Made by a program: the position numbers and the translations under genes. Below, piece after piece: positions 36,572 through 46,217 of a stretch of 48,680 nucleotides of DNA; the stretch's first letter is position 1; each line of letters starts with the position of its first letter. This stretch comes from Armatimonadota bacterium (GTDB taxonomy: Bacteria; Vulcanimicrobiota; JACPDS01; JBDRKI01), in the NCBI GenBank assembly GCA_043814095.1, contig JBDRKI010000069.1, forward strand, positions 1-48,680, read 5' to 3'. A model generated the notes under the pieces. It was given only the letters and a program-made list of their open reading frames with translations, was not told the origin of the DNA and searched no databases.

Positions 36572-37579
36572 ATGCATCTTAAAAAGCTTATTGCTTTTAT
36601 TGTAGTATCTCTGCTCATTATTTTATCGGGTTTTGGATTGTATTTTTATTACCAGCTTTCTCCGGCGGGAAGGGGTCAGGAGAAAATATTGTGTATTGAA
36701 AGGGGCGAGAGCCTGGCGGGCACTGCATATATGCTTCAGAAAGAAGGATTGATAAGGTCGTCAAAAGCTTTCGGCTATTTCGCCAGATTAACCGGCAGTG
36801 AAGAGAAGATAAAATTCGGGGAGTATAAAATATCACCGAAGCAGTCTTCCCCGGACATATTAAAACAGCTTGTGGATGGCAGGGTGTATATGCATCTTAT
36901 AACAATACCGGAAGGATTTACATTGAAACAGATAGCAAAAAGGCTTGCAAATGAAAAAATAGTACCCGAAGAAGATTTTTTGTATCTTGCTTCCAATAAT
37001 ACCGATATTGCAATATCGGATTATACTCCTCCTACTTTAGAAGGGTATCTTTTCCCAGACTCATATTATTTTTCAAAAGATTCCCCCGCCAAGGATGTTA
37101 TAAACACGTTTGTGAATATGTTTAAGAAAAAGATTCTGCCTCTTTATGAGGCGGCAAAGAAGGATAATGATAAATTAATGTCTCTTGAGGATATTATTAA
37201 GCTTGCATCTATAGTTGAAGCCGAGACACAGTTAGATACCGAACGGCCCGTAGTTGCTTCTGTATATTATAATAGGCTGAATAAGCATATTCTTCTTCAG
37301 TGTGACGCCACAATTCAATATATACTTTCTGAACGCAAGATAAATATAAGATACAGCGATCTGGCCATAGATTCGCCTTATAATACGTATCTGTATCCGG
37401 GACTTCCTCCGACGCCCATATGCAATCCGGGCATTGCTTCCGTGGAAGCGTGTCTTTATCCGGAAAAAACTCAATTTCTGTATTTTGTAAGAAATGACAA
37501 AAAAGGCGACGGCAGCCATATTTTCAGTAAAACATATATTGAACATCTAAAAGCGATAGACAGCCACCAGCTGTATTAA
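36572..37579 (+). CDS. mltG: Endolytic transglycosylase MltG
   Basis: N-terminal TM; TIPEG, LEGYLFPDSY, LASIVEAE, SPYNTY...GLPPTPICNPG. Confidence 0.95.
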   Translation: MHLKKLIAFIVVSLLIILSGFGLYFYYQLSPAGRGQEKILCIERGESLAGTAYMLQKEGLIRSSKAFGYFARLTGSEEKIKFGEYKISPKQSSPDILKQLVDGRVYMHLITIPEGFTLKQIAKRLANEKIVPEEDFLYLASNNTDIAISDYTPPTLEGYLFPDSYYFSKDSPAKDVINTFVNMFKKKILPLYEAAKKDNDKLMSLEDIIKLASIVEAETQLDTERPVVASVYYNRLNKHILLQCDATIQYILSERKINIRYSDLAIDSPYNTYLYPGLPPTPICNPGIASVEACLYPEKTQFLYFVRNDKKGDGSHIFSKTYIEHLKAIDSHQLY

Positions 37580-37593
37580 TATCAGGAGTTATT

Positions 37594-38112
37594 ATGTTTA
37601 AACTGCTAAAACCCGATTTATACGTAGAAAAAGTGGAAAGAATAGATTTGAAAGTATTTAAAGAAAAAGGATATGACACCATAATCCTGGATCTTGATAA
37701 TACGCTTGTCAGCTGGAAAAGCAAAAAGGTTTCCGATAGCGTGATAAAGTGGCTGGATACCGCCAGAAGCTTAAAATTTAAAATGTGTATAGTCTCAAAC
37801 TGTCTTCTCGGTGGAAGGGTAAAGCATTTAAGCGAGAAACTCTCCATCCCCTACATACCTAAAGCCGTAAAACCCAGGACCAAGGCATTTAAGCGCGCTT
37901 TAGATCTTTTAGGCAGTTCCCCGGAACGCACGCTTCTTGTCGGGGATCAGATGTTTACAGATATTTTGGGCGGGAACCGCATGGGTCTTTTTACTATCAT
38001 GGTAAATCCCGTTGATAAAAGGGAATTCGGCGCCACGATTATACAGAGAATGGCGGAAAAAATAGTTTTAAATAATTTAAGAAAAAAAGGCGAGCTTAAT
38101 TCGGATATTTAA
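37594..38112 (+). CDS. yqeG: YqeG-family HAD IIIA phosphatase
   Basis: DLDNTL, IVSN, KP, VGDQMFTDILGGNR. Confidence 0.92.
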   Translation: MFKLLKPDLYVEKVERIDLKVFKEKGYDTIILDLDNTLVSWKSKKVSDSVIKWLDTARSLKFKMCIVSNCLLGGRVKHLSEKLSIPYIPKAVKPRTKAFKRALDLLGSSPERTLLVGDQMFTDILGGNRMGLFTIMVNPVDKREFGATIIQRMAEKIVLNNLRKKGELNSDI

Positions 38113-38166
38113 TATCTTTCTTTATTTTTTTTGTGCTTGTTTTTACATCTATTTCCTCATATCTAA

Positions 38167-38191
38167 AGGATTATATTTTTCAATATAGAAT
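38167..38191 (+). promoter_or_regulatory. SigH-like promoter upstream of pilB
   Basis: AGGA-N17-GAAT. Confidence 0.45.
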
Positions 38192-38246
38192 CTAATATAA
38201 AATATTAAAAAATAATTCTTAATATTCTAAATTAAAGGAGTGCATT

Positions 38247-39983
38247 ATGGCTCAAAGCGGAAAACTTGAAACCCTTGGCGAACTTCTGGTTGACAAGCAG
38301 TTTATTACGGTTAAGCAGCTGGAAAAAGCTCATGAGAAAGCGGAGAAAAGCGGCACCAGCCTGCGCAAAATACTTGTTTCTATGGGTTTTGTTTCGGAAA
38401 ATGACATAAGCCAAGCCATAGGCGATCAGTTGGGCATAAAATTTGTTAATTTAAACGAACTGGAGCTTGACCCTGATTTTGTTAAATCCGTGCCTGACCA
38501 TCTGGCACAGAGATATAAAGTTATACCCGTTGACCAGAAGGAAGAAAAATTAACTCTGGCAATGGTTGATCCCACAGACGTAGTCGCTCTTGATGATATA
38601 AGGCTTGTTACCGGGCTTAATATAGATCCGGTTATTGCCACCGAAGAAGCCGTTAATTCCGCGATAGCCAGATATTACGGCGTTACGGATATTGCCGAAG
38701 CGGAGGAGACTGTAAAAGACATAGCAATTGACGCTCACGGTCCGCTGGAAATTGAGGAAGGCAAAGAAGAAGAGATATCGGTTGACAAATTAAAGGAACT
38801 TGTGGATGAAGCGCCCATTGTGAGAGTGGTAAATTTAATTATATCACAGGCGATTAACGATAAAGCTTCGGATATTCATATAGAGCCCGACGCGAAAAGC
38901 GTAAGAGTAAGATATAGAATTGACGGAGTCCTTCACGATGTTATGAGCCCGCCTAAACATATCCAAGCCCCTATGGTATCGCGTATAAAAATTATGGCCA
39001 ATATGGATATAGCCGAACGCAGGATTCCCCAGGACGGCAAGATACACTTAAGGCACGAAAAGAAAGAGTATGACCTGCGTGTATCAAGTCTCCCGGTTAT
39101 ATACGGTGAAAAAATAGTTATGAGGATACTTGATAAAAGCTCTATAATGCTTGGACTGGATAAATTAGGATTTTATTCGGAGATCCAGGGAGAATTTGAA
39201 GATATAGTTGAAAAGCCGTACGGTATGATACTTGTAACAGGTCCCACCGGCAGCGGTAAATCAACCACTCTTTATTCCTGTCTTCATAAGCTGAACAGGG
39301 GAGATAATAATATCATTACGATTGAAGACCCTGTTGAATACCAGCTTCCGGGAATTAACCAGGTTCAGGTTAACGAGAAAGCAGGGCTTACTTTCGCGAA
39401 CGCCTTAAGGTGTTTCTTAAGGCAGGATCCCGACATCATAATGGTCGGTGAAATCCGAGACTCGGAAACAGCCAAGATAGCCATTGAAGCGGCGCTTACC
39501 GGCCACCTTGTATTAAGCACCCTGCATACTAATGACGCGGCCGGCGCCATAACAAGGCTGATTGAAATGGGTGTTGAGCCGTTTCTTGTCGCCTCATCCG
39601 TTATCGGTGTCCTTGCCCAACGCCTTCCGAGAGTTATATGCTCTAACTGCAAGGAGGCGTATAATCCTCCGGCGGAGTCCGTGCGCAAGTTCGGATTTGC
39701 CGCGCAGTCTGATTCACAGGTAACTTTTTATAAAGGTGTGGGATGTGATAACTGCAAGCAGACAGGCTACAAAGGAAGAACCGGCGTTTATGAGCTTCTC
39801 CCGGTTTCGGACAGGCTCAAAGGTTTGATTTTAAAGAAAGCCTCAACCAATGAGATAAAACAGGCTGGCGTTGAAGAAGGAATGAAAACCCTGCAGGATG
39901 ACGGTTTGAGAAAAGTGCTTGAAGGCGTGACCACAATAGAAGATTGTTTAAGAGTCGTATATGTTGAAGGAGACGCGTTTTAA
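38247..39983 (+). CDS. pilB: Type IV pilus assembly ATPase PilB (GspE family)
   Basis: MshEN-like N-terminus, ASDIHIEP, GPTGSGKST, LRQDPDIIMVGEIRD, CSNC...CDNC. Confidence 0.95.
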   Translation: MAQSGKLETLGELLVDKQFITVKQLEKAHEKAEKSGTSLRKILVSMGFVSENDISQAIGDQLGIKFVNLNELELDPDFVKSVPDHLAQRYKVIPVDQKEEKLTLAMVDPTDVVALDDIRLVTGLNIDPVIATEEAVNSAIARYYGVTDIAEAEETVKDIAIDAHGPLEIEEGKEEEISVDKLKELVDEAPIVRVVNLIISQAINDKASDIHIEPDAKSVRVRYRIDGVLHDVMSPPKHIQAPMVSRIKIMANMDIAERRIPQDGKIHLRHEKKEYDLRVSSLPVIYGEKIVMRILDKSSIMLGLDKLGFYSEIQGEFEDIVEKPYGMILVTGPTGSGKSTTLYSCLHKLNRGDNNIITIEDPVEYQLPGINQVQVNEKAGLTFANALRCFLRQDPDIIMVGEIRDSETAKIAIEAALTGHLVLSTLHTNDAAGAITRLIEMGVEPFLVASSVIGVLAQRLPRVICSNCKEAYNPPAESVRKFGFAAQSDSQVTFYKGVGCDNCKQTGYKGRTGVYELLPVSDRLKGLILKKASTNEIKQAGVEEGMKTLQDDGLRKVLEGVTTIEDCLRVVYVEGDAF

Positions 39984-39995
39984 GGAGCTTTAGTT

Positions 39996-41078
39996 ATGGC
40001 AACAGAACATAAAGAAGTCAGCATGAATGACCTGTTAAAACTTACGATGCAGCGCAACGCTTCAGACCTGCATATTACAATGGGCCTGCCTCCGATTATA
40101 AGGGTAAACGGAAAGCTCACCCCGACAGAATATCCCAGATTAATGCCGGAAGATACAAAAAAGCTTATTTATTCTATTTTGAGCGACAAGCAGAAAGAAA
40201 AATTTGAAAAAAGTCTGGAACTTGACTGTTCGCACGGTTTAAAGGGATACGGCAGGTTCAGGGTAAATGTTTTCAGGCAGAGGGGTTCGGTATCCGCCGC
40301 ATTAAGAGTTATTTCCCAGGAAATACCTTCAAGAGAAGAGCTGGGTCTTCCCGAAACCGTTGAAGAAATCCTCCACCGCCCTAACGGCCTGGTGTTGGTT
40401 ACCGGCCCTACCGGCATGGGTAAGTCCACAAGCATAGCCTGTATGCTTGATATGATAAATGCCACAACATCCCAGCATATAATTACAGTTGAAGATCCGA
40501 TAGAATACATACACCACCATAAAAAGAGCATGATAAACCAGAGAGAACTCGGCCAGGATACTTACGCATGGTCTAACGCGTTAAGGTCCGCATTGCGCGA
40601 AGATCCCGATGTTATACTGGTCGGCGAGATGAGGGATTTAGAGACAATATCATATACTTTAACGGCGGCCGAGACGGGGCATCTGGTATTTTCAACGCTT
40701 CATACCTGTGATGCGGCACAGACAATAGACAGGATAATTGACGTTTTTCCTCCTCACCAGCAGCAGCAGATAAGGGTTCAGCTGGCGGCCGTACTGGTAG
40801 GTGTTTTTTCCCAGCAGCTTATACCCCATGCGAACGGCACAGGAAGAATTCTCGCTCTGGAAGTCCTCCAGGCTTCTTCAGCCATTAAAAACCTTATAAG
40901 GGAGGGGAAGACATACCAGATTTACAATGCCATACAGACAAGCTCAAAGGATAAAATGCAGACAATGGAGCAGGCCCTTTACGGATTATATAAGAAAAAC
41001 CTGGTAACCCTGGAAGACGCTTTAAAAGCCACGAACCACCCGGCTGAATTCAAGCATATGCTGGATAAGATAAACTGA
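39996..41078 (+). CDS. pilT: Twitching-motility retraction ATPase PilT
   Basis: ASDLH, GRFRVN, GPTGMGKST, LREDPD, AIKNLIRE. Confidence 0.95.
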   Translation: MATEHKEVSMNDLLKLTMQRNASDLHITMGLPPIIRVNGKLTPTEYPRLMPEDTKKLIYSILSDKQKEKFEKSLELDCSHGLKGYGRFRVNVFRQRGSVSAALRVISQEIPSREELGLPETVEEILHRPNGLVLVTGPTGMGKSTSIACMLDMINATTSQHIITVEDPIEYIHHHKKSMINQRELGQDTYAWSNALRSALREDPDVILVGEMRDLETISYTLTAAETGHLVFSTLHTCDAAQTIDRIIDVFPPHQQQQIRVQLAAVLVGVFSQQLIPHANGTGRILALEVLQASSAIKNLIREGKTYQIYNAIQTSSKDKMQTMEQALYGLYKKNLVTLEDALKATNHPAEFKHMLDKIN

Positions 41079-41124
41079 GTTAAATTCCAAACAGGAATTG
41101 TTTTAAATAATTTTATAAGAAAAA

Positions 41125-41149
41125 AGGAAAATACTTTATAATATTGAAT
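41125..41149 (+). promoter_or_regulatory. SigH-like promoter upstream of the small ORF and pilC
   Basis: AGGA-N17-GAAT, same spacing as the pilB copy. Confidence 0.45.
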
Positions 41150-41215
41150 ATAATAATAATTGTTTTTTAGTGTTTTAAATTGATAATGAAAATTTAAAGC
41201 TCGGAGGTGATATAT

Positions 41216-41275
41216 ATGTGGTGGTGGTTAGTTCCTTTAGCAATAATAATAGTTGGAAACCTGTCAAAAATATAA
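41216..41275 (+). CDS. 19-aa hydrophobic peptide MWWWLVPLAIIIVGNLSKI (not in ORF track)
   Basis: SD GGAGGTGA at 41203-41210, 5 nt before ATG 41216; TAA at 41273-41275. Confidence 0.55.
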   Translation: MWWWLVPLAIIIVGNLSKI

Positions 41276-41292
41276 ATATGGAGGCCGTATAG

Positions 41293-42519
41293 ATGCCTAC
41301 TTTTCTTTATGAAATTAAGGATAGTCACGGTAATTTAAAAAAGGGCAGCATAGATGCCCCTAATTTGAAATCCGCTCAGCAGATACTGCGGGATTCAAAT
41401 TATGTAATACTTAAGTTAAATGAAAAAACAACTTCTGTTGCTCAAACAGATGTTTTTGCATTTATGAATAAATACAGAAGGGTGAACGATCAGGCACTGA
41501 CCGTATTTTCCAGACAGTTTGCAACGATGATTAATGCGGGTCTTGCAATGGTAAGATGTCTTGATATTTTATCGGAGCAAACCGAAGACAAAAAGCTCCA
41601 GCAGACCTTAATAAGCGTAAGGAAAGACGTGGAAGGCGGCGCGACCCTGTCAAGCGCGATGGGGAAACACCCCCTGGTTTTCAGTACCCTGTATGTGAGC
41701 ATGGTTAAGGCGGGCGAGATGGGCGGTGTTCTTGACGAAGTTCTTGAACGTGTCGCCAATTTTATGGAAAAAGACTTCAGTTTAAAAAAGAAAGTAAAAG
41801 CCGCGTTAACATACCCCGTTGTTATACTTGTAATGGCATTATTAATAGTCGGTTTTCTTGTTACATATATTCTGCCTACTTTTGTTAATTTATTTAAGAG
41901 TATGGATATGCAACTTCCCCTCCCCACTAAGATTTTAATGGCAATAACGGAAGCGTTTCATAATGTCTGGGCCGTTATGGGCATATTTGCGGCGCTTGTT
42001 GTTATAATTATTTTACTCAGCCGGTATGTAAGGACAGATACCGGCAAGCGCCAGTACGATATGTTAAAGTTAAGCGTACCCGTATTTGGTATGCTTAACA
42101 GGAAAGTCGCGATATCAAGGTTCTGCAGAACTTTAGGGACGCTTCTTTCTTCCGGCGTGCCAATTATGCAGGCCCTGGAAATAGTCGGCAAGGCTTCGGA
42201 CAACGAAATTTTATCCATGACGGTAAATAAGATAAGGGATAGCATAAGAGAAGGCGAGAGCATAGCCCAGCCGCTTGGTTCAAGCGGGATGTTCCCCCCC
42301 ATGGTTACCCAGATGGTTGCGGTCGGTGAAGAAACGGGAAGCCTGGATTCAATGTTAGGCAAGATAGCGGATTTTTACGATACGGAAGTAGAATACATGC
42401 TTGCTTCTTTAACCTCAATGTTAGAGCCCATAATGATAGTCGGCATGGGCGCGATAGTAGGCTTTATTGTTATATCGGTCTTCCTGCCGCTTTACCAGCT
42501 TGTGGGTCAGTTCGGATAA
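41293..42519 (+). CDS. pilC: Type IV pilus platform protein PilC (T2SSF family)
   Basis: FSRQFATMINAGL, GEMGGVLDEVL, ALTYP, VGEETGSLD, LEP. Confidence 0.95.
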   Translation: MPTFLYEIKDSHGNLKKGSIDAPNLKSAQQILRDSNYVILKLNEKTTSVAQTDVFAFMNKYRRVNDQALTVFSRQFATMINAGLAMVRCLDILSEQTEDKKLQQTLISVRKDVEGGATLSSAMGKHPLVFSTLYVSMVKAGEMGGVLDEVLERVANFMEKDFSLKKKVKAALTYPVVILVMALLIVGFLVTYILPTFVNLFKSMDMQLPLPTKILMAITEAFHNVWAVMGIFAALVVIIILLSRYVRTDTGKRQYDMLKLSVPVFGMLNRKVAISRFCRTLGTLLSSGVPIMQALEIVGKASDNEILSMTVNKIRDSIREGESIAQPLGSSGMFPPMVTQMVAVGEETGSLDSMLGKIADFYDTEVEYMLASLTSMLEPIMIVGMGAIVGFIVISVFLPLYQLVGQFG

Positions 42520-42549
42520 AGCAGTCAATTTGCTACGGTTTGTGTTTAT

Positions 42550-42580
42550 ATAGGGGCGTAACTGATAATTGCGCCCCTAT
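42550..42580 (+). terminator. Hairpin/terminator after pilC
   Basis: ATAGGGGCGTAA...TTGCGCCCCTAT; weak T-tail. Confidence 0.65.
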
Positions 42581-42626
42581 CTTAATTTAAAAAGTTAATA
42601 CAAATACTATATGAACGGATTTAAGA

Positions 42627-44231
42627 ATGAAAGAATACAGAATTTTTAATATTCCATTGATTGTATATATATTCATACTGGCATTATTTTTAAGACTTTA
42701 CAATCTCGGTTTGCCGAGCATATGGGTTGATGAGGCATTCAGTATCTGGGTCGCGAAATTTGATATGGTTCCCCTCGTGCAGTTTATAGCAAAAGATGCG
42801 CACCCTCCTTTATATTTCATGCTGCTTCATTTCTGGGTTAAGCTGTTCGGCACAGGGGAGTTTGCAGTAAGGCTGTTATCTGTTTTATTCAGCATGGGGT
42901 CTCTTTGTTTGATTTATGCTGTATCTAATGTAGTATTTACGGATAAGAAATACGGTCTTCTTGCTTCTTTCCTTTTCGCCATATCTTCTTTTTCAATAAC
43001 GGGCGCGGATACAGATGTAAAGATGTACAGCATGCTTACATTCTTAACAATTCTGTCCGTATATTTTTTATGCAGGATAATAAAAGAGGCAAAACCTTAT
43101 TTATGGATTTTATATACCTTAACACTGATGCTGGCATTATATACTCATTATTTTGCGTTTTTTGTTATATTTGCTGAGCTTGTATGCATTATTCTATTTT
43201 ACAGGGATAAAAAAGGCACAGATGAGAATGCAAATAATAATATGTGGCCAGGAATAAGGCCTGCTGTTATTATAGGGCTTATTATGCTTGTAAGTTTTAT
43301 CCCGTGGGTTAAGCCTTTTTTTGATCAGTCATTTATTTTTGATAAGGGGGAACATCTCCCTAAAGCTACATTTTTTCACTTAGCTAACCTTTTTTATTAT
43401 TTTTTCACTCCGATTCTTTCTAAGCTTGATTCATTTTTTGCTCCTTTTGCGCATTTAGCGATTTCTTTTGTGTTCATACTGAGTTTTATCCTGATGGTTT
43501 TGGGAGGAGTGAAGCTTTCTAAATACAAAAGCGGCATTGTTTTGCTGGTATCTTTTCTGATAATTCTCCTGCTTCCTTTTCTTGTATCCTGCATGGCGGC
43601 CGAGAAGCATGTTTTCCAGGCCAGGTATATGACTTTGGTTTTCCCTCTATTTACCATCATATTTACCTGCGGCATTTTAAGTCTTGAGAACAGGTATTTA
43701 AAATATATTCTTATTGCCGGCTTTATATTTTCCAACCTTATTTTTTATTATCTATACACTAATAATTCCGATTACTGGAAACAGAACTGGAGAACAGTAG
43801 TAAGTTATGTGGAAGAAAAATCCCGGCCGGGGGATGTTGTATTCCTTCAGGTTTCATATAACGCTTTGCCGTTTAATTATTATTATAAAGGCGGCGCGTT
43901 TAAGCTTTCGGCCGCGCAGAAGAATACGGGGATCCCCGAATGGAGATATAATTTCAGCTATACAGACGAATATTTATTAAAAGGCGGTCTTCCCCAGTAT
44001 CATTTTGACAGTTACGACCCCGCTTTTTTAAACTGGGCGGCTAATCTTCATAACAGAATAATATATATTTTAAACATAGAAGAGTTTGGAGATCCTGACA
44101 GAAAAGTTTTAGGGTGGCTTTCTAAAAACTGCATTTTTTTAGAAGGGATAGAAGTTGTGAATATAAGTCAGGGACAGTCGCGTGTAACGGTCGGTATATT
44201 TGAAACCAAAACGGAAAATGAGAAACAATGA
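42627..44231 (+). CDS. GT-C (family 39/PMT-like) membrane glycosyltransferase, tandem paralog 1
   Basis: IWVDEAF, DAHPPLY, KMY, QNWR, PFNYY. Confidence 0.87.
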   Translation: MKEYRIFNIPLIVYIFILALFLRLYNLGLPSIWVDEAFSIWVAKFDMVPLVQFIAKDAHPPLYFMLLHFWVKLFGTGEFAVRLLSVLFSMGSLCLIYAVSNVVFTDKKYGLLASFLFAISSFSITGADTDVKMYSMLTFLTILSVYFLCRIIKEAKPYLWILYTLTLMLALYTHYFAFFVIFAELVCIILFYRDKKGTDENANNNMWPGIRPAVIIGLIMLVSFIPWVKPFFDQSFIFDKGEHLPKATFFHLANLFYYFFTPILSKLDSFFAPFAHLAISFVFILSFILMVLGGVKLSKYKSGIVLLVSFLIILLLPFLVSCMAAEKHVFQARYMTLVFPLFTIIFTCGILSLENRYLKYILIAGFIFSNLIFYYLYTNNSDYWKQNWRTVVSYVEEKSRPGDVVFLQVSYNALPFNYYYKGGAFKLSAAQKNTGIPEWRYNFSYTDEYLLKGGLPQYHFDSYDPAFLNWAANLHNRIIYILNIEEFGDPDRKVLGWLSKNCIFLEGIEVVNISQGQSRVTVGIFETKTENEKQ

Positions 44232-45787
44232 AGGAATATAAATTTTTACGCCTGCCTTTATTTGTGTATGTATTCTTTCTGGCGTTATTTTTGAGGTTAT
44301 ATAATCTTGGGGCCCCGAGTATATGGGTTGATGAGGCATTCTGTGTATGGGCCGCGAAATTTGATCTTCCCTCTCTTTTAAGGTATGTATCGGCAGATGC
44401 CCATCCTCCTTTATATTTTATACTGCTTCATTTCTGGATTAAATTATTCGGCGCAGGGGAGTTTGCGGTAAGGTTATTATCCGTAACTTTCGGCATGGGG
44501 ACTCTAGTTTTGATTTACAGTCTATGCAATGAAGTTTTCCGGAATAAAAAATACGGCTTGATTGCTTCTTTATTATACGGGGTTTCATCATTCTCCATAG
44601 TTGATATTGATACTAATGTGAGAATGTACGCGATGACGGCGTTTCTTATTACGCTTTCGGTATATCTTCTATGCAGGATAATAAGGGAAGAGAAGCCCTA
44701 TTTGTGGATTATATACGCATTAACTTTGGTATCGGCATTATACACGCATTATTTTGCTTTTTTTGCGATATTCGCCGAAATTATATGTATTGTGTTTTTT
44801 TACGGAAGAGGGGGATCTGCAGATAATAACAAATGGCCGGGAATAAAGCCCGCTTTTATTATCGGGTTTATCCTGCTTTTATCTTATATCCCCTGGACTA
44901 ATCAGTTTTTCGCGCAGATTTTTATTTTTCCTAAATCCGGGTTTAACCGCGGGCTTAATATTTTTGACATTGCGCAGGTTTTATATTTTTATCTTACGCC
45001 TTTTATTTCCAGGATTAATATATGGTTAGTATGCGCGTCGGCGATATTGTCTTTTATTCTTCTTTTCTGCGGAATAATAAGGATTTCAAAATACCGCTGC
45101 GGCTCCGTTATATCTTTAATCTTTGTTACGGTGTTTATACTTCCGTTTATTATATCTTTAATTCCGGGACAGCGCTGTATTTTCCAGTTGAGAACATTAA
45201 CAACAATTTATCCGTTGTTTTTAGTAATATTAAGCTGTGCCGTTATGGAATTAAAGAATAAATATCTAACCTATTTCTTAGTTGCAGTTCTTATTGTAAT
45301 TAATTCTGTTTTTTATTTTCAGTATATTAATGATCCCGGATGCCGGAAGCAGGACTGGAGAACAGCTGTAAGCTGTGTTGAGGAAGAAGCCCGACCGGGT
45401 GATGTTATTTTAATACAGGCTTCGTGCAACGTGCATCCGTTTAATTATTATTATAAGGAAGGATTATTAAAGGTTTATGTTCCGGAGCCGGAGCTGGCCG
45501 AGGGAATATGGTTTTATAAACTTGATTATAATGATAAATATCGGGCAGAGGGCGGATGCCCGCAGTATTTAATAGATAATTTTAACGAAAGTTTTTTGCG
45601 CAAAATAGCACAGTCATGCGGTAGAATTATTTTTATAGCCAATGCCGAAACGCTTGTGGATCCTCAAAGAAAAGTATTCGGGTGGTTAAATGGAAACTGT
45701 GTTTATTCGCAGGGCGTCCGGGTAGAAAGCTCTTACCCCGGGTACTCTAATATTTTTATCGGTATATTTAAAACAAAGCATCAGTAA
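44228..45787 (+). CDS. GT-C (family 39/PMT-like) membrane glycosyltransferase, tandem paralog 2
   Basis: IWVDEAF, DAHPPLY, RMY, QDWR, PFNYY; ATGA coupling; colinear with paralog 1. Confidence 0.87.
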   Translation: MKEYKFLRLPLFVYVFFLALFLRLYNLGAPSIWVDEAFCVWAAKFDLPSLLRYVSADAHPPLYFILLHFWIKLFGAGEFAVRLLSVTFGMGTLVLIYSLCNEVFRNKKYGLIASLLYGVSSFSIVDIDTNVRMYAMTAFLITLSVYLLCRIIREEKPYLWIIYALTLVSALYTHYFAFFAIFAEIICIVFFYGRGGSADNNKWPGIKPAFIIGFILLLSYIPWTNQFFAQIFIFPKSGFNRGLNIFDIAQVLYFYLTPFISRINIWLVCASAILSFILLFCGIIRISKYRCGSVISLIFVTVFILPFIISLIPGQRCIFQLRTLTTIYPLFLVILSCAVMELKNKYLTYFLVAVLIVINSVFYFQYINDPGCRKQDWRTAVSCVEEEARPGDVILIQASCNVHPFNYYYKEGLLKVYVPEPELAEGIWFYKLDYNDKYRAEGGCPQYLIDNFNESFLRKIAQSCGRIIFIANAETLVDPQRKVFGWLNGNCVYSQGVRVESSYPGYSNIFIGIFKTKHQ

Positions 45788-45838
45788 TGTTGCTTTGATC
45801 TAAAAAACAACCATTTTTAAACGTTTTTCACGCCTTTT

Positions 45839-45861
45839 AAAATACTTCTTTTGACCGATAT
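45839..45861 (+). promoter_or_regulatory. 23-bp upstream element, copy 2 (pilin upstream region)
   Basis: AAAATACTTCTTTTGACCGATAT; 21/23 identical to 6090-6112. Confidence 0.5.
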
Positions 45862-45944
45862 ACCTTCTTATAAAGCTGTGCTATTATATAAGTGGAAGAA
45901 GGGATCGAACTTTTTTACATACATATTATATAAAAAAAGTAGAA

Positions 45945-46186
45945 GGAAGGAGGTGAATAAAGTAAGATTCTTGTAAAGTTAAAAGGGCGCAGACGGAAAA
46001 AAACAATCGCAATTATCATTCATCTTTCATTCAGCAATCCTGAAGCTCCCTTTCTAAGCGTAATTTTCTGTAGATTTAAGGGTTTTTTCCGTTTATAGAA
46101 AAAAATACTGTTTAAGAAGGACTTTTCCTTTCTTTCAAGAATCTTAATAAAAAGCAAAAGAAAAATGGGGAAAGATTCCCATTTTC
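45945..46186 (+). ncRNA. Candidate structured pilin leader RNA with an orphan Shine-Dalgarno
   Basis: AAGGAGGTGA without a start codon; nested stems 45963-45978/46132-46146 and 45991-46002/46083-46094; hairpin 46162-46185. Confidence 0.4.
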
Positions 46187-46217
46187 TATTCTTAAAAAGG
46201 AAGGGGGTGAATATTAG

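Noticed and set aside
41216-41292. Classical trp transcription attenuator
   Set aside because: No terminator/antiterminator hairpins follow, and the downstream gene is pilC.
45975-46100. c-di-GMP riboswitch upstream of pilin
   Set aside because: Lacks the GGCAAA / GNRA tetraloop / receptor architecture; kept only as an unclassified structured leader.
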